Origin: Candidatus Bipolaricaulota bacterium
GTDB taxonomy: Bacteria; Bipolaricaulota; Bipolaricaulia; UBA7950; UBA9294
Assembly: GCA_040752575.1 (NCBI GenBank)
Contig: JBFMGK010000052.1
Coordinates: forward strand, 17,858-81,857
Length of the DNA stretch: 64,000 bases
Direction of reading: 5' to 3'
In this document: positions 45,586-55,034 of the stretch, piece after piece
How positions within the stretch are numbered: the first letter of the stretch is position 1
Layout: every line of letters starts with the position of its first letter
Position numbers and translations under genes: made by a program
The notes under the pieces: generated by a model
What the model saw: the letters and a program-made list of their open reading frames with translations, nothing else
What the model was told of the DNA's origin: nothing
Databases searched by the model: none

Positions 45586-47378
45586 GCCAGCACCTCCTCC
45601 ATGCCCGTCACAAGCAACCGCGCGAGACGCGAGCTCGGGTCACCGGCGAGCGCAGCGCGATCGCCAGCTTCGACCACACACCCGTCCTCGAGAATCGCGA
45701 TGCGATCCGCACGCCGGACGGTCGAGAGACGATGGGCGATGACGATTGCCGTTCGCCCCTCGAGGAGGCGGTCGATGGCGTGTTCGAGCAGCCTCTCGGT
45801 GGCCGGATCGAGGCGCGACGATGCCTCGTCGAGGATGACAACGCCGGGGTCAGCGAGGAAGGCTCGTGCAAGGGCGAGGAGTTGGCCCTGGCCCGCGGAC
45901 AGCCCGGCTTCCGGGGTTCCAACGACGGTGTCCAATCCCTGGTGAAGCGCGCAGACCCACTCCTGAAGCCCGAGCTCGTCGAGGGCCGCGAGGATGCGCG
46001 CGTCGGACACCGCCGGGTCGAACAGACGGACGTTCTCGCGCACCGAGGCGCGGAAGAGCTGCACGTCCTGCGACACCATCCGCACGCGCCGTCGCAACTC
46101 GCGCAGCGGCACGTCGGCCACGCCGACTCCGCCCACGCGCACCGCGCCCTCCTGGCAGTCGTAGAGGCGAGCAACGAGTCGCGCAGCCGTCGTCTTGCCG
46201 CTTCCGGTCCGGCCTAGCAGGCCCATCACCGACCCGGCGGGGACCGCGAGGTGCACGTCGCGCAGGGCGACCGTCGGCTCAGCGAGAGGTGTCGCGTCGC
46301 CTGACGCACCCGCATCAGCCGTTTGAGCCGGCGCGTAGGCGAACGTCACGCCGTCCAAGGCGACCGACAGCGCCCCATCGGAGAGGTGCTTTGAGCCGCC
46401 ATCGAAAAGGGCCGACGTCGTGGCGAGCATCGTGCGGATCCGGCGGATACCCGCCTCGGCGCGTTGCAGGTCGGTGATCTGCTCGCGCATCGTCGAGATG
46501 GGGCCGCGCAGGAGCTCGGTGTAGTGGAAGACGAGGTAGACCGTGCCGAGCGTGATGGCGCCGGCTCGCCAAAGCGTCGCCCCAACGCCGAACGCAACGA
46601 CGTACCCGCCAGTGAATAGTGCCACGTTGCTCATCCACATCGCGTACCCCGCGAGGGCCGAGCGTCGACGGACCGGGTAGAGGCCGCGGCACAGCTCGAA
46701 GAACCGCCGCATCGTGTAGGCGACCGCGCCGTTGGCCCGAAGGTCTTCGGTCCCCGCCAGACGTTCTCCGAGAAAGCCAAAGAACTCGGCCACCAGCTTC
46801 CGCCACGTCGTCCAGTGCGGCACGGCGCGAGCCCGGATGAACCCGAGAAGCCACACGGTGAACACGACAAATCCAAGAATTGGCAGCCCGATCCGCCAGT
46901 CCTCGCGGAACAGAAGGCCGACGATCCCGGCAACGAGGAGCGTGTTACCAAGGATGTCGATCACGAAGCGGGAGAAGAAGTTGGACAACGTGGCCACGTC
47001 GCCGTCGATGCGCTCGATCAGCTGCCCCGGCGTGTGCTCCTTGTGAAACGTCGGATCGAGGGACAGCGCGTGGCGCAACAGGTCGAGACGCAAGGCGTTC
47101 GTCGCGGACCAGGCGACGGTCTCCCCGACGTAGGTTGCGGCGACGGAGAGAACCTGCGCAAGGACGGCGACTCCAAAGAACAGAAGCGCGTTGCGAATCA
47201 ACGCCGCTCGCGCGCCGCCTGCCGTCGCCGTGTCGATGAACTGCCGCAGGATCTGCGGATTGACCAGGCGGAGCGCGATCGTCACGAGAACGAGGAAGGC
47301 AAGCGCAACGACCCAACGAGCATGCGGCCGCACGTAGCGACGCAAGAGCGAAAGGCCATCGCGCAACGGAAGCTTCAT
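45582..47378 (-). CDS. Type IV ABC exporter half (TMD+NBD)
   Basis: GRTGSGKTT, LSAGQGQL (degenerate signature), ILDEASS, IAHRLST; heterodimer partner of the adjacent gene. Confidence 0.92.
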   Translation of the reverse strand: MKLPLRDGLSLLRRYVRPHARWVVALAFLVLVTIALRLVNPQILRQFIDTATAGGARAALIRNALLFFGVAVLAQVLSVAATYVGETVAWSATNALRLDLLRHALSLDPTFHKEHTPGQLIERIDGDVATLSNFFSRFVIDILGNTLLVAGIVGLLFREDWRIGLPILGFVVFTVWLLGFIRARAVPHWTTWRKLVAEFFGFLGERLAGTEDLRANGAVAYTMRRFFELCRGLYPVRRRSALAGYAMWMSNVALFTGGYVVAFGVGATLWRAGAITLGTVYLVFHYTELLRGPISTMREQITDLQRAEAGIRRIRTMLATTSALFDGGSKHLSDGALSVALDGVTFAYAPAQTADAGASGDATPLAEPTVALRDVHLAVPAGSVMGLLGRTGSGKTTAARLVARLYDCQEGAVRVGGVGVADVPLRELRRRVRMVSQDVQLFRASVRENVRLFDPAVSDARILAALDELGLQEWVCALHQGLDTVVGTPEAGLSAGQGQLLALARAFLADPGVVILDEASSRLDPATERLLEHAIDRLLEGRTAIVIAHRLSTVRRADRIAILEDGCVVEAGDRAALAGDPSSRLARLLVTGMEEVLA

Positions 47379-47379
47379 C

Positions 47380-48393
47380 TCATCCTCCCAGACGCTGGGT
47401 CGTCAAGTCACAGCCCGCTCGGAGTTCCTTCTCGAACAGAACGCGCTCGCGAGCCACCTGCATGCCTGCCCTCTCGTACACACGGACGGCGCCGGTGAGG
47501 CTGGACCCGTCGACGCCAAGCGCCACGCGCCGCTTGCCCCTTGCAGCAAGCTGCCGGAACGAGTGGTGCAGCAGTGCGAGGGCCACGCCGCGACGTCGCC
47601 ACGGACGGACAACGCCGAGGGTGTTGACGTAACCGAGATCAGGGTCCTCGGTTTCCATCGCCGAGCACAGCGAGACCCCCACGATCTCGGCCCCGGCCGT
47701 GGCAAGGAACCACAGGTTTGCGTCGAACGACTTCTCCTCGTCGATGACGTGCTGCCAGATCGCGAGGTCGGACTCGATCGGCGACTCCACGTAGCCGAAA
47801 TGATCGCGGAACGCAGCACGGATGGACTCCACCATGGGGAGGAGATCTCGTCCGCCCTCAAACGTTCGGACCCCGACGCCCGCTGGCCAGACAGGCTCGG
47901 GCACGGGACGATCGAGCTCCCTCCTCATCTGATAGCTGCGGCGTATGGCTTCGTAGCCGGAGGACGCGAGGAGTTCGAGTCCCGACTCGTCGCGTGTCGA
48001 GACGGTCTGCCGGATGCTCACGCGGGCGTCGGCCGGTGCCCGTTCTACGGCCAAGCGCCCGCGCTCGTCTTGCCAGGCGACGAGCGCTGAGCCGATCCCG
48101 CACGCTCGCCGCAGCGGGTCGACACAACCCCAAGCCCAGAGCCTCACGTGCGGCTCGTCGAGGTCCCAGACCTCGGCGTACCCGGCAGGGGTTCCGTCTG
48201 AGCTGACGACGACGCGCGTGTCGCGGTCGAGGTCGAAGCCCGGCGTACGCCACTCGGTGAGCAGGTCGTCGACGTCATGGTCGCGGACGCCCAAGACCCG
48301 TAGGGAGTCCGCGTTAAACATCGCCGCCAGTCCCTCGGCATCGGAGGGTCTTGTCGGACGTAACGTGAATCCTCTAGGTAGATTGCACAGCAT
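47380..48393 (-). CDS. Tandem GNAT N-acetyltransferase
   Basis: VDPLRRACGIGSAL and LGVVRPWRRRGVALALL; LTGAVRVYERAGM. Confidence 0.88.
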   Translation of the reverse strand: MLCNLPRGFTLRPTRPSDAEGLAAMFNADSLRVLGVRDHDVDDLLTEWRTPGFDLDRDTRVVVSSDGTPAGYAEVWDLDEPHVRLWAWGCVDPLRRACGIGSALVAWQDERGRLAVERAPADARVSIRQTVSTRDESGLELLASSGYEAIRRSYQMRRELDRPVPEPVWPAGVGVRTFEGGRDLLPMVESIRAAFRDHFGYVESPIESDLAIWQHVIDEEKSFDANLWFLATAGAEIVGVSLCSAMETEDPDLGYVNTLGVVRPWRRRGVALALLHHSFRQLAARGKRRVALGVDGSSLTGAVRVYERAGMQVARERVLFEKELRAGCDLTTQRLGG

Positions 48394-48501
48394 GGGAACT
48401 TCCTTTACTGAAACGGGATCGCTTCGCAAGACAGAAGACTCTGTAGCATCTATATGCGCTCGTTGGGCGAACGGCTCGTGCGGGGTAAGCCCGGTTGGAG
48501 C

Positions 48502-48582
48502 CTAGAAGGAGAGTGCGGCTAGCGCGCCTCCGCAAGCCAGAGCCCACGAGGCATAGGATCGCTTTCGTAGGGCGATCGACAT
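48502..48582 (-). CDS. Putative 26-aa small ORF (leader peptide or truncated signal peptide)
   Basis: AAGGAGG RBS then MSIALRKRSYASWALACGGALAALSF*; TTGCAT-N16-TATACT promoter upstream. Confidence 0.35.
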   Translation of the reverse strand: MSIALRKRSYASWALACGGALAALSF

Positions 48583-48799
48583 TCGTTGCCTCCTTGCCTG
48601 TCTTGCCGGGCCGTGAAGGCCCCGCGCTGTGCCACCCGCCAAACCCGAGAAAGGTTCGCGGAACTCTCGTAGCTGGATGCGAGCCAGTATAGCCGGCGCG
48701 TGCGACAATGCAAGTCGACCTTGCGGCGGACCCGCTCTGCGCCTATGCTTACACGCGCGTCCGGCCGAGAAAACCTCGCGCCCGCTCTGCGCGATCACG

Positions 48800-50728
48800 A
48801 TGAACAAGGCTGACGCGTCCCCTATTGATCCCGGCAGCGGCAATCGCCTTGGCTACGTACCGCGACGTGAAGCCACGCCGGCGACCTATCGGGCCCTTGG
48901 CTTTCGCTGCGGTCTCGAGGTTCACCAGCAGCTTCGCACGGAGAAGAAGCTCTTCTGCCGTTGTCCGGCGGGTGTCTACCAGGACGGCGAGGACTACGAC
49001 GCACAACTCGTGCGTCACATGCGCCCCACGCTGAGTGAGCTCGGCGAGTACGACGGCACGGCGCTGATGGAGTTCCGCACTCGCAAGAACATCATCTACC
49101 GGATCAAGGGCGAGACCGCCTGCACCTATGACATCGACGACACGCCGCCTTTCGCCGTGAACCGCCAGGCACTGGGGATCGCCATCGAGATCGCGCTCCT
49201 TCTCCGGACGAGCCTCGTCGGCGAACTGCACATCACCCGCAAGCAGTACCTCGATGGCAGCATTCCGACAGGCTTCCAGCGCACGGCCATTGTCGGGATC
49301 GACGGGGCAATCCCGGTGGCCGGCCGCCAGATCGGCATCCGCCAACTCTCCCTCGAGGAAGACTCCTGCCGTGAGGTCAGCGACGTCGGCCACTGGCGCA
49401 CGTACACGACCGACAGACTCGGCATGCCGCTCGTCGAGACGGTCACCGAGCCCGAACTCCTAACGCCCGAGGAAGCCGCTCTGGCCGCTCATCACCTCCG
49501 GTACCTGGCCCGCAGCACAGGTCACGTCAACGTCGGGATCGGCGCGGCGCGCGAGGACGTCAACGTCAGCATCGAGGGCGGGACGCGCGTCGAGATCAAG
49601 GGAGTTCAGCACATTCGTTGGATCCCCGAGTTGACGCACAACGAAGCGTACCGTCAGAAGGGCCTGCTGCTCGTTCGTGACCTGTTGATGCGCTGCGTCC
49701 GCGATGCCGCAACGTGGGACGTCACGGCGCTTCGCGTCGACCGTGACGTCCTCGGGGGCCTCGGCATGGTTTCGGAGGAGTCGGCTGCGATGGCGATCGC
49801 GCTGCCGCAGTTCGCCGGCGTCCTCTCGTTCCCGACGAATCCCGGAAGGACGTTCGCCGACGAGATCGCCGACCGCCTCAAGGTGATCGCCTGCCTCGAG
49901 AAGCCCAACATGGTGCACTCCGACACGCCGACGCCCCTGCCCGCGCCGGCCTGGAACCATCTCCGGGAGCGCCTGGGAGCCGCCGAAAGCGACGCCGTAC
50001 TCGTCGTGTGGGGTCCGGAATCCGACATGAAGACGGCAGTCGAGACCGTAGCTGAACGCTGTCGGCTCGCCTTTGACGGCGTGCCCAACGAAACGCGAAA
50101 GGCGCTGCCCGACGGAACCACGGTCTTCGAGCGGGTTCTGCCCGGTCCGGACCGAATGTACCCGGACACCGACTCCTCGCCGATCCCGATCGAGGAGGAG
50201 ACGATCGAAGCCACGCGCGCGCGCCTTCCTCGATCCGTCGAGGAACAGAGAGCGCGGCTCGATGCGTGGGGCGGTCCACGCGACACCCATGCGTACCTTC
50301 TGCGGCGAAACCTCTGCGCTCTGGTTGCGGAACTCATCGACGGGGGGATGAGTCCGCTGGCGGCCATGACCCTGGTCGGACATCGCGTGCGCCGCGCGCT
50401 GGGGGATCGCGAACCGGATGGTCGGCGCGTCCTGTGGGCCGTGAACGAGAGCCGAAGACGTTCGCTGCCCGACGACGCCCTGCGCGATCTCGTGGTCCTG
50501 TCGCTTCTCGAGCCCGACGAGACCTTCGACGGACTCCTGGCGCGGGCGGGTCATCGTCGGGCGAGGCAAAGCGACATTCGCGACGCGATTCGCGGCGAGG
50601 TCGCGAAGCGAGACATCCACTCTCCCGAGGCGGCGCCTCGTGAGATCATGGGGCGCATTCGCCCGCTGGCCTGGGGCAACGTACCGCTAGCGAAGGCGGC
50701 GCGATGGGTCGAGGAGGCGCTGCGATGA
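48800..50728 (+). CDS. gatE: Glu-tRNA(Gln) amidotransferase subunit GatE (archaeal type)
   Basis: GLEVHQQL, KLFCRCP, RPTLSELGEYD, RKQYLDGSIPTGFQRT, LEEDSCR, DRLGMPLVE, DVNVSI..RVEIKGVQ, GVPNETRKA..PGPDRMYPDTD; carries the GatE-type insertion absent from GatB. Confidence 0.93.
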   Translation: MNKADASPIDPGSGNRLGYVPRREATPATYRALGFRCGLEVHQQLRTEKKLFCRCPAGVYQDGEDYDAQLVRHMRPTLSELGEYDGTALMEFRTRKNIIYRIKGETACTYDIDDTPPFAVNRQALGIAIEIALLLRTSLVGELHITRKQYLDGSIPTGFQRTAIVGIDGAIPVAGRQIGIRQLSLEEDSCREVSDVGHWRTYTTDRLGMPLVETVTEPELLTPEEAALAAHHLRYLARSTGHVNVGIGAAREDVNVSIEGGTRVEIKGVQHIRWIPELTHNEAYRQKGLLLVRDLLMRCVRDAATWDVTALRVDRDVLGGLGMVSEESAAMAIALPQFAGVLSFPTNPGRTFADEIADRLKVIACLEKPNMVHSDTPTPLPAPAWNHLRERLGAAESDAVLVVWGPESDMKTAVETVAERCRLAFDGVPNETRKALPDGTTVFERVLPGPDRMYPDTDSSPIPIEEETIEATRARLPRSVEEQRARLDAWGGPRDTHAYLLRRNLCALVAELIDGGMSPLAAMTLVGHRVRRALGDREPDGRRVLWAVNESRRRSLPDDALRDLVVLSLLEPDETFDGLLARAGHRRARQSDIRDAIRGEVAKRDIHSPEAAPREIMGRIRPLAWGNVPLAKAARWVEEALR

Positions 50729-52107
50729 GCGATGCCCACAAGGGGTACAAGGGCGAGGCCCTTGATGCGCTGACGAAGTTCGGAGTCGGCGTGTGGAGCG
50801 ACGTCGAGATCGACTCCACGCGCGGCCACTTCCGTGGCATCATCCTCCCGCGGTCCGAGTTCGACGACTCCCGGCACCTCGTCCTGAAACTCCCAACGGG
50901 CTACAACGTCGGCATCGACGTACGAACGCTCCAAGGCGTTCGCGAGCTTGGGCGCCGCGAGGCGCACTACAAGATCCCCGAGAAGGAATTTCCCACGTCG
51001 CCCGACAAACCGAACGTGAAGCTCTTGGGGACCGGCGGCACGATCGCGTCCCGCCTCGACTATCGCACGGGGGCCGTCATCCCGGCCTTCTCGCCGGGAG
51101 AGCTGTACGGTGCGGTTCCCGAACTCGCTGACATCTGCAATCTCACGACCGAGAAGCTCTTCGCCGTCTTCTCGGAGAACATGGGACCGACGCAGTACAT
51201 CGCGTTGGCCAAGGCCATCGGCCGCGAGATCGAGAACGGTATCGATGGGATCGTCATCGGGCATGGGACCGATACAATGCATCATACAGCGAGCGCTCTC
51301 GCGTTTATGGTCCAGCACTCCCCGGTGCCGATCGTCATGGTCGGATCCCAACGGTCGTCCGATCGACCCTCGTCCGATGCCGCGAGGAATCTGATTCACT
51401 CCACGACCGCGGCCGCCACGTCAGACATTGCCGAAGTCATGGTCTGCATGTTCGGCCCGACGTCCGACGAGTACGGACTCCTGCATCGCGGCACGCGGGT
51501 GCGCAAGATGCACTCGTCGTACCGTTCGACTTTCCGCACCATCGGCGACATCCCGCTGGCCACCGTCACGCGCGACGGGGTCACGCCTCTGCGCGAGGAC
51601 TACGCACGGCGGCGGACGGACCGTCGCGTCGATATCCTGCCCTACTTCGAGGAACGGGTAACGCTGACGTACTACTACCCGAACATGCACCCCGACATCA
51701 TCGACGCCCTGGTCGATAAGGGCTACAAGGGGATCGTCATCGCAGGAACGGGCCTCGGACACATCAACAAGCCCGTCTACCCGGCGATTGAGCGCGCGAC
51801 GGCCGCCGGCGTGGCGATCTACATGACCGTCCAGACGCTCTGGGGGTACGTTCACATGTTCGTCTACGATACCGGGCGCGACCTCATGGCGAAGGGCATC
51901 ATCCCGGCGGAGAACATGCTGCCCGAGGTCGCCTACATCAAGCTCGCCTGGGCGCTTGGCCAGACGCGCGACCTCGAGAAGGTTCGCGAACTCATGCTCA
52001 CGCCGATTGCCGGGGAGATCACCGAGCGGGAGCCACACGACGGCTACCTCGTCTTCCAAGGCGGGATGCCCGAGATCGGGGAGTTCCTGCGCAAGGTCCA
52101 CAAGTGA
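50725..52107 (+). CDS. gatD: Glu-tRNA(Gln) amidotransferase subunit GatD (archaeal type)
   Basis: GatD N-domain LVLKLPTGYNVGI; asparaginase-like GTGGTIASRLDYRTGAV, HGTDTM, GSQRSSDRPSSD, RKMHSS, MLPEVAYIKL; ATGA overlap with gatE. Confidence 0.94.
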   Translation: MSDAHKGYKGEALDALTKFGVGVWSDVEIDSTRGHFRGIILPRSEFDDSRHLVLKLPTGYNVGIDVRTLQGVRELGRREAHYKIPEKEFPTSPDKPNVKLLGTGGTIASRLDYRTGAVIPAFSPGELYGAVPELADICNLTTEKLFAVFSENMGPTQYIALAKAIGREIENGIDGIVIGHGTDTMHHTASALAFMVQHSPVPIVMVGSQRSSDRPSSDAARNLIHSTTAAATSDIAEVMVCMFGPTSDEYGLLHRGTRVRKMHSSYRSTFRTIGDIPLATVTRDGVTPLREDYARRRTDRRVDILPYFEERVTLTYYYPNMHPDIIDALVDKGYKGIVIAGTGLGHINKPVYPAIERATAAGVAIYMTVQTLWGYVHMFVYDTGRDLMAKGIIPAENMLPEVAYIKLAWALGQTRDLEKVRELMLTPIAGEITEREPHDGYLVFQGGMPEIGEFLRKVHK

Positions 52108-52110
52108 CCG

Positions 52111-53211
52111 CTATGACAACCCCGCGGCAGATCTGGCAACCTTGATCCGCGGATCGAGCAGGCCGTAGACCAGGTCCAGCACCAGCGTGGCCGCCAGGTA
52201 CATGGCCGTCATCGTGACGCTGATCCCGAAGAACAGCGTGAAATCGTTGTAGCGGATCGACAGCAGGTAGAGCCCGCCTACGCCCGGCCACTGGAAGGCC
52301 GGCTCGACGAAGAAGCTGCCCCACAACGAGTACACGAAGCCGTACGTCACGCAGGTGACGATCGGAGGTGCCGTGGCACGGACCCCGTGCCCCATGAGAA
52401 TGCGACGCTCCGGAAGGCCGCGCGCTCGAGCCGTCACGATGAAGTCCTCTTGAAGAGTCCCGATGACGAGATTGCGGAAGGCATAGGCCCATCCACCCAA
52501 CCCGATCGCGACGAGCGTCAAGAACGGGAGCGTGTAGTGCGTCACGAAATCCCATAGCCACGGGCCGACCTCGCCAATCCCTTCGGGAAACCGATACACC
52601 CACGGGTCGGACGGGAAGACCCGGAGCCCGACGACGAACGCAGAGACCATGAGCATCGCGACGACCATGGTCGGAACGCTCTGGGTGGCCAATCCGATGA
52701 CCGTCGTGGTTCGGTCGACAAACGACCCGGGACGCCGTGCGTTGCGCAGCCCGAGTAGGAGAGCCAGCGCGATCTGTGCGGCGAACGCCCCCCCGAAGAG
52801 GAGTCCCGTCGGAAGGAGGGATTCCCGGATGATGGCGCCGACCTCGGAGCTCTTCTGCCCGCCGAATCCGCGGATCGTCCGTTGGTGTGACACGGATTCC
52901 CCAAAGTCGAATCGCAGGATCTGTACGGTCCTCCGGAGGATGCGAACCCACAGCGGATCGCCCATCCCTGCCGCCTCGAGGGCCGCAGCGACCTGTTCCT
53001 CCACCAGGCGATCCCTCTCCTCGGTCGTGAGATCCGGGAGCTGCGCGAGGAACGGGCCCATCGTCGTCTTCACCTGCCACTCCAGCTCCGTGCGATCGAT
53101 GACCTCGTACCGCACGTTGGCCACGGCCGACAACATCAGGGTCACGAGACCGAAGACAAGCGCCGCCTGGACTACTCTCCGCACGGCGTACCGAGCGAGT
53201 CCCGCGGTCAT
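52111..53211 (-). CDS. Peptide/nickel ABC transporter permease (DppB-like)
   Basis: FDFGES, EDFIVTARARGLPER, VEPAFQWPGVG, DLVYGLLDPRIK. Confidence 0.88.
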   Translation of the reverse strand: MTAGLARYAVRRVVQAALVFGLVTLMLSAVANVRYEVIDRTELEWQVKTTMGPFLAQLPDLTTEERDRLVEEQVAAALEAAGMGDPLWVRILRRTVQILRFDFGESVSHQRTIRGFGGQKSSEVGAIIRESLLPTGLLFGGAFAAQIALALLLGLRNARRPGSFVDRTTTVIGLATQSVPTMVVAMLMVSAFVVGLRVFPSDPWVYRFPEGIGEVGPWLWDFVTHYTLPFLTLVAIGLGGWAYAFRNLVIGTLQEDFIVTARARGLPERRILMGHGVRATAPPIVTCVTYGFVYSLWGSFFVEPAFQWPGVGGLYLLSIRYNDFTLFFGISVTMTAMYLAATLVLDLVYGLLDPRIKVARSAAGLS

Positions 53212-53303
53212 AGGTCTCCCTTGCGAACGATCGAGGCGCAACGGCCGAGCTTGCGAGACGCGCGTCTCGGGTCCGTCTCGATGAGATCATCGAGGCACGC
53301 GAC

Positions 53304-54389
53304 CTAGCTGTTGCCGGGGTCCGCGAAAACTCGATCCAGTCTCTTCAGCGCATCCAGCGTCGCGGGCTCCCCGAGCTTGGCCCGTCGCACGGCCCTGCCC
53401 AACAGGTCGATCGTGCCGTCGTACATCGAACGATCTACCGGAAACGGGATTCCGTCCTTCCCACCGTGGGCGAAGCCGAAACGGGCCGGATCCTCGTAAC
53501 TCGGCGACGCCCCGTACACGAGTTCCGCGACGAGCGCGAGGGCCCGTAAGGCCTTGGCCCCGACGCCCGGAAGCATGAGGAGCTCCTCGAAGGACGTCAC
53601 GTGCGCTTCGTAGGTTTTCGTGAGCGTCGCCGCAAGACGCTCCGGGGTGATGTCGCTCGCCAAGATCTCGTGGCGCCTCGGGAGCGCGAGGTGGCGGATC
53701 CTTGCGAACTCGCTCGCGATCCGTAGGGGCTTCTCCCGAGCCGCGTCGACCGCCACATGACGAGCCCCCGCGCTGTCGCGCGCGACGAGATTGAGGCTTG
53801 GCGCACGGCGGTCGCAGCAGATGGCCGCATGGGGCTCGCAGACGAAGTCGTCGACGTTCTCCGAGGTCCAGTGATACCGGCGCGCCATGCCCGTCGCTTC
53901 GTTCATTCCTTGCTGGACCACGGCCCACGCACCGCCGCGGTCGAAGAAGAAGCTGTGATGGTAGATCTGATAACCGTCTTGGACGGCCGCGCTGTCGACC
54001 TTGGCCGAGGTGCGACTGGCCCGGACAAGCGGCCCCGCCTCGGACCCCATCATGTCGCACCACGTCTCGATTTCGCTCGGAGTCCTCCGGGACGCGTTGC
54101 CCTTGCCGCCGGCAGCAAACAGCCCAAGTTCCTTCTCGCGGCCCCGCAGCCCCTCTTTGACCGCCCCGCAGGTTGTGGTCGTAACGCCGCTCGAGTGCCA
54201 GTCGAAGCCGAGGACGCAACCGAAGGCCTGAAACCACCGGGGATCCGACAACCGCCTGAAGAAGCCGCCGAGACCTTCCTCGAGGACCACGAGTTCGACG
54301 ACTTCGGCCGCAAGCCGGGTCATCCTAGCGAACAACCACCGTGGAGCCCGGCCCGAATGAAGCGGGAGATCAGCGGTCCCCGTGCGCAT
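53304..54389 (-). CDS. DUF763 domain protein
   Basis: ADLPLHSGRAPRWL, DWHSSGVTT, AKVDSAAVQDGYQIYHH, FAHGGKDGIPFPV. Confidence 0.9.
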   Translation of the reverse strand: MRTGTADLPLHSGRAPRWLFARMTRLAAEVVELVVLEEGLGGFFRRLSDPRWFQAFGCVLGFDWHSSGVTTTTCGAVKEGLRGREKELGLFAAGGKGNASRRTPSEIETWCDMMGSEAGPLVRASRTSAKVDSAAVQDGYQIYHHSFFFDRGGAWAVVQQGMNEATGMARRYHWTSENVDDFVCEPHAAICCDRRAPSLNLVARDSAGARHVAVDAAREKPLRIASEFARIRHLALPRRHEILASDITPERLAATLTKTYEAHVTSFEELLMLPGVGAKALRALALVAELVYGASPSYEDPARFGFAHGGKDGIPFPVDRSMYDGTIDLLGRAVRRAKLGEPATLDALKRLDRVFADPGNS

Positions 54390-54434
54390 GCTGACAGTCT
54401 AGCGAGTCGAGCGCGCGCGAACGACTTCCGGGCG

Positions 54435-55034
54435 TCAGCCGTTCGGTGCCCGCGGCAGGATGATTCGATCGATCAGACCGTACTCCACGGCCTGTTCCGG
54501 CGTCATGAAGTAGTCGCGATCGGTGTCCTTCGCGATCTGCTTCACACCCTTCCCGGTGTGCTCGGAGAGGATGCGGTTGATCACGTCTCGGATGCGCAGC
54601 AGCTCCGCAGTCTGAATCTTGACGTCCGCCGCCTGCCCCTGGGCACCGCCAAAGACCTGATGGAGGAGGATCCGCGAGTTGGGCAGTGCCGAACGCTTGC
54701 CGGGCGTCCCCGCGGTCAGCAGAACGGCGGCCATGCTCGCCGCCTGGCCGATGCAGATGGTCGCGACATCGCACTTCGCGTATCTCATCGTGTCGTAGAT
54801 CGCAAGGCCGGCCGTTACGGAACCGCCGGGCGAGTTGATGTAGAGACGGATGTCTTTGGTAGGATCCTTCGCGGCGAGAAACAGCATCTGCGCGATCACG
54901 ACATTCGCCACGTCGTCGTCGATCGCGTCCCGCAGGAAGATGATCCGATCCTCGAGCAGCCTCGAGTAGATGTCGTAGGTGCGCTCGGCGTGACCGCTGT
55001 GATCGATCACGAAGGGGATTTGTGCCGGCATCAT
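54435..55034 (-). CDS. clpP: ATP-dependent Clp protease proteolytic subunit
   Basis: [43 protein letters not shown]. Confidence 0.97.
   Translation of the reverse strand: MMPAQIPFVIDHSGHAERTYDIYSRLLEDRIIFLRDAIDDDVANVVIAQMLFLAAKDPTKDIRLYINSPGGSVTAGLAIYDTMRYAKCDVATICIGQAASMAAVLLTAGTPGKRSALPNSRILLHQVFGGAQGQAADVKIQTAELLRIRDVINRILSEHTGKGVKQIAKDTDRDYFMTPEQAVEYGLIDRIILPRAPNG

Noticed and set aside
48615..48645. T-box riboswitch (GGGTGGCACAGCG on the minus strand)
   Set aside because: Mismatch in the UGGNACC core, leader too short for stem I, and wrong strand to control gatE.
48629..50728. Calling the ORF gatB with an adjacent L-asparaginase
   Set aside because: GatE-specific motifs and insertion, plus the GatD N-terminal domain and SQRSSDRPSSD motif, identify GatDE.
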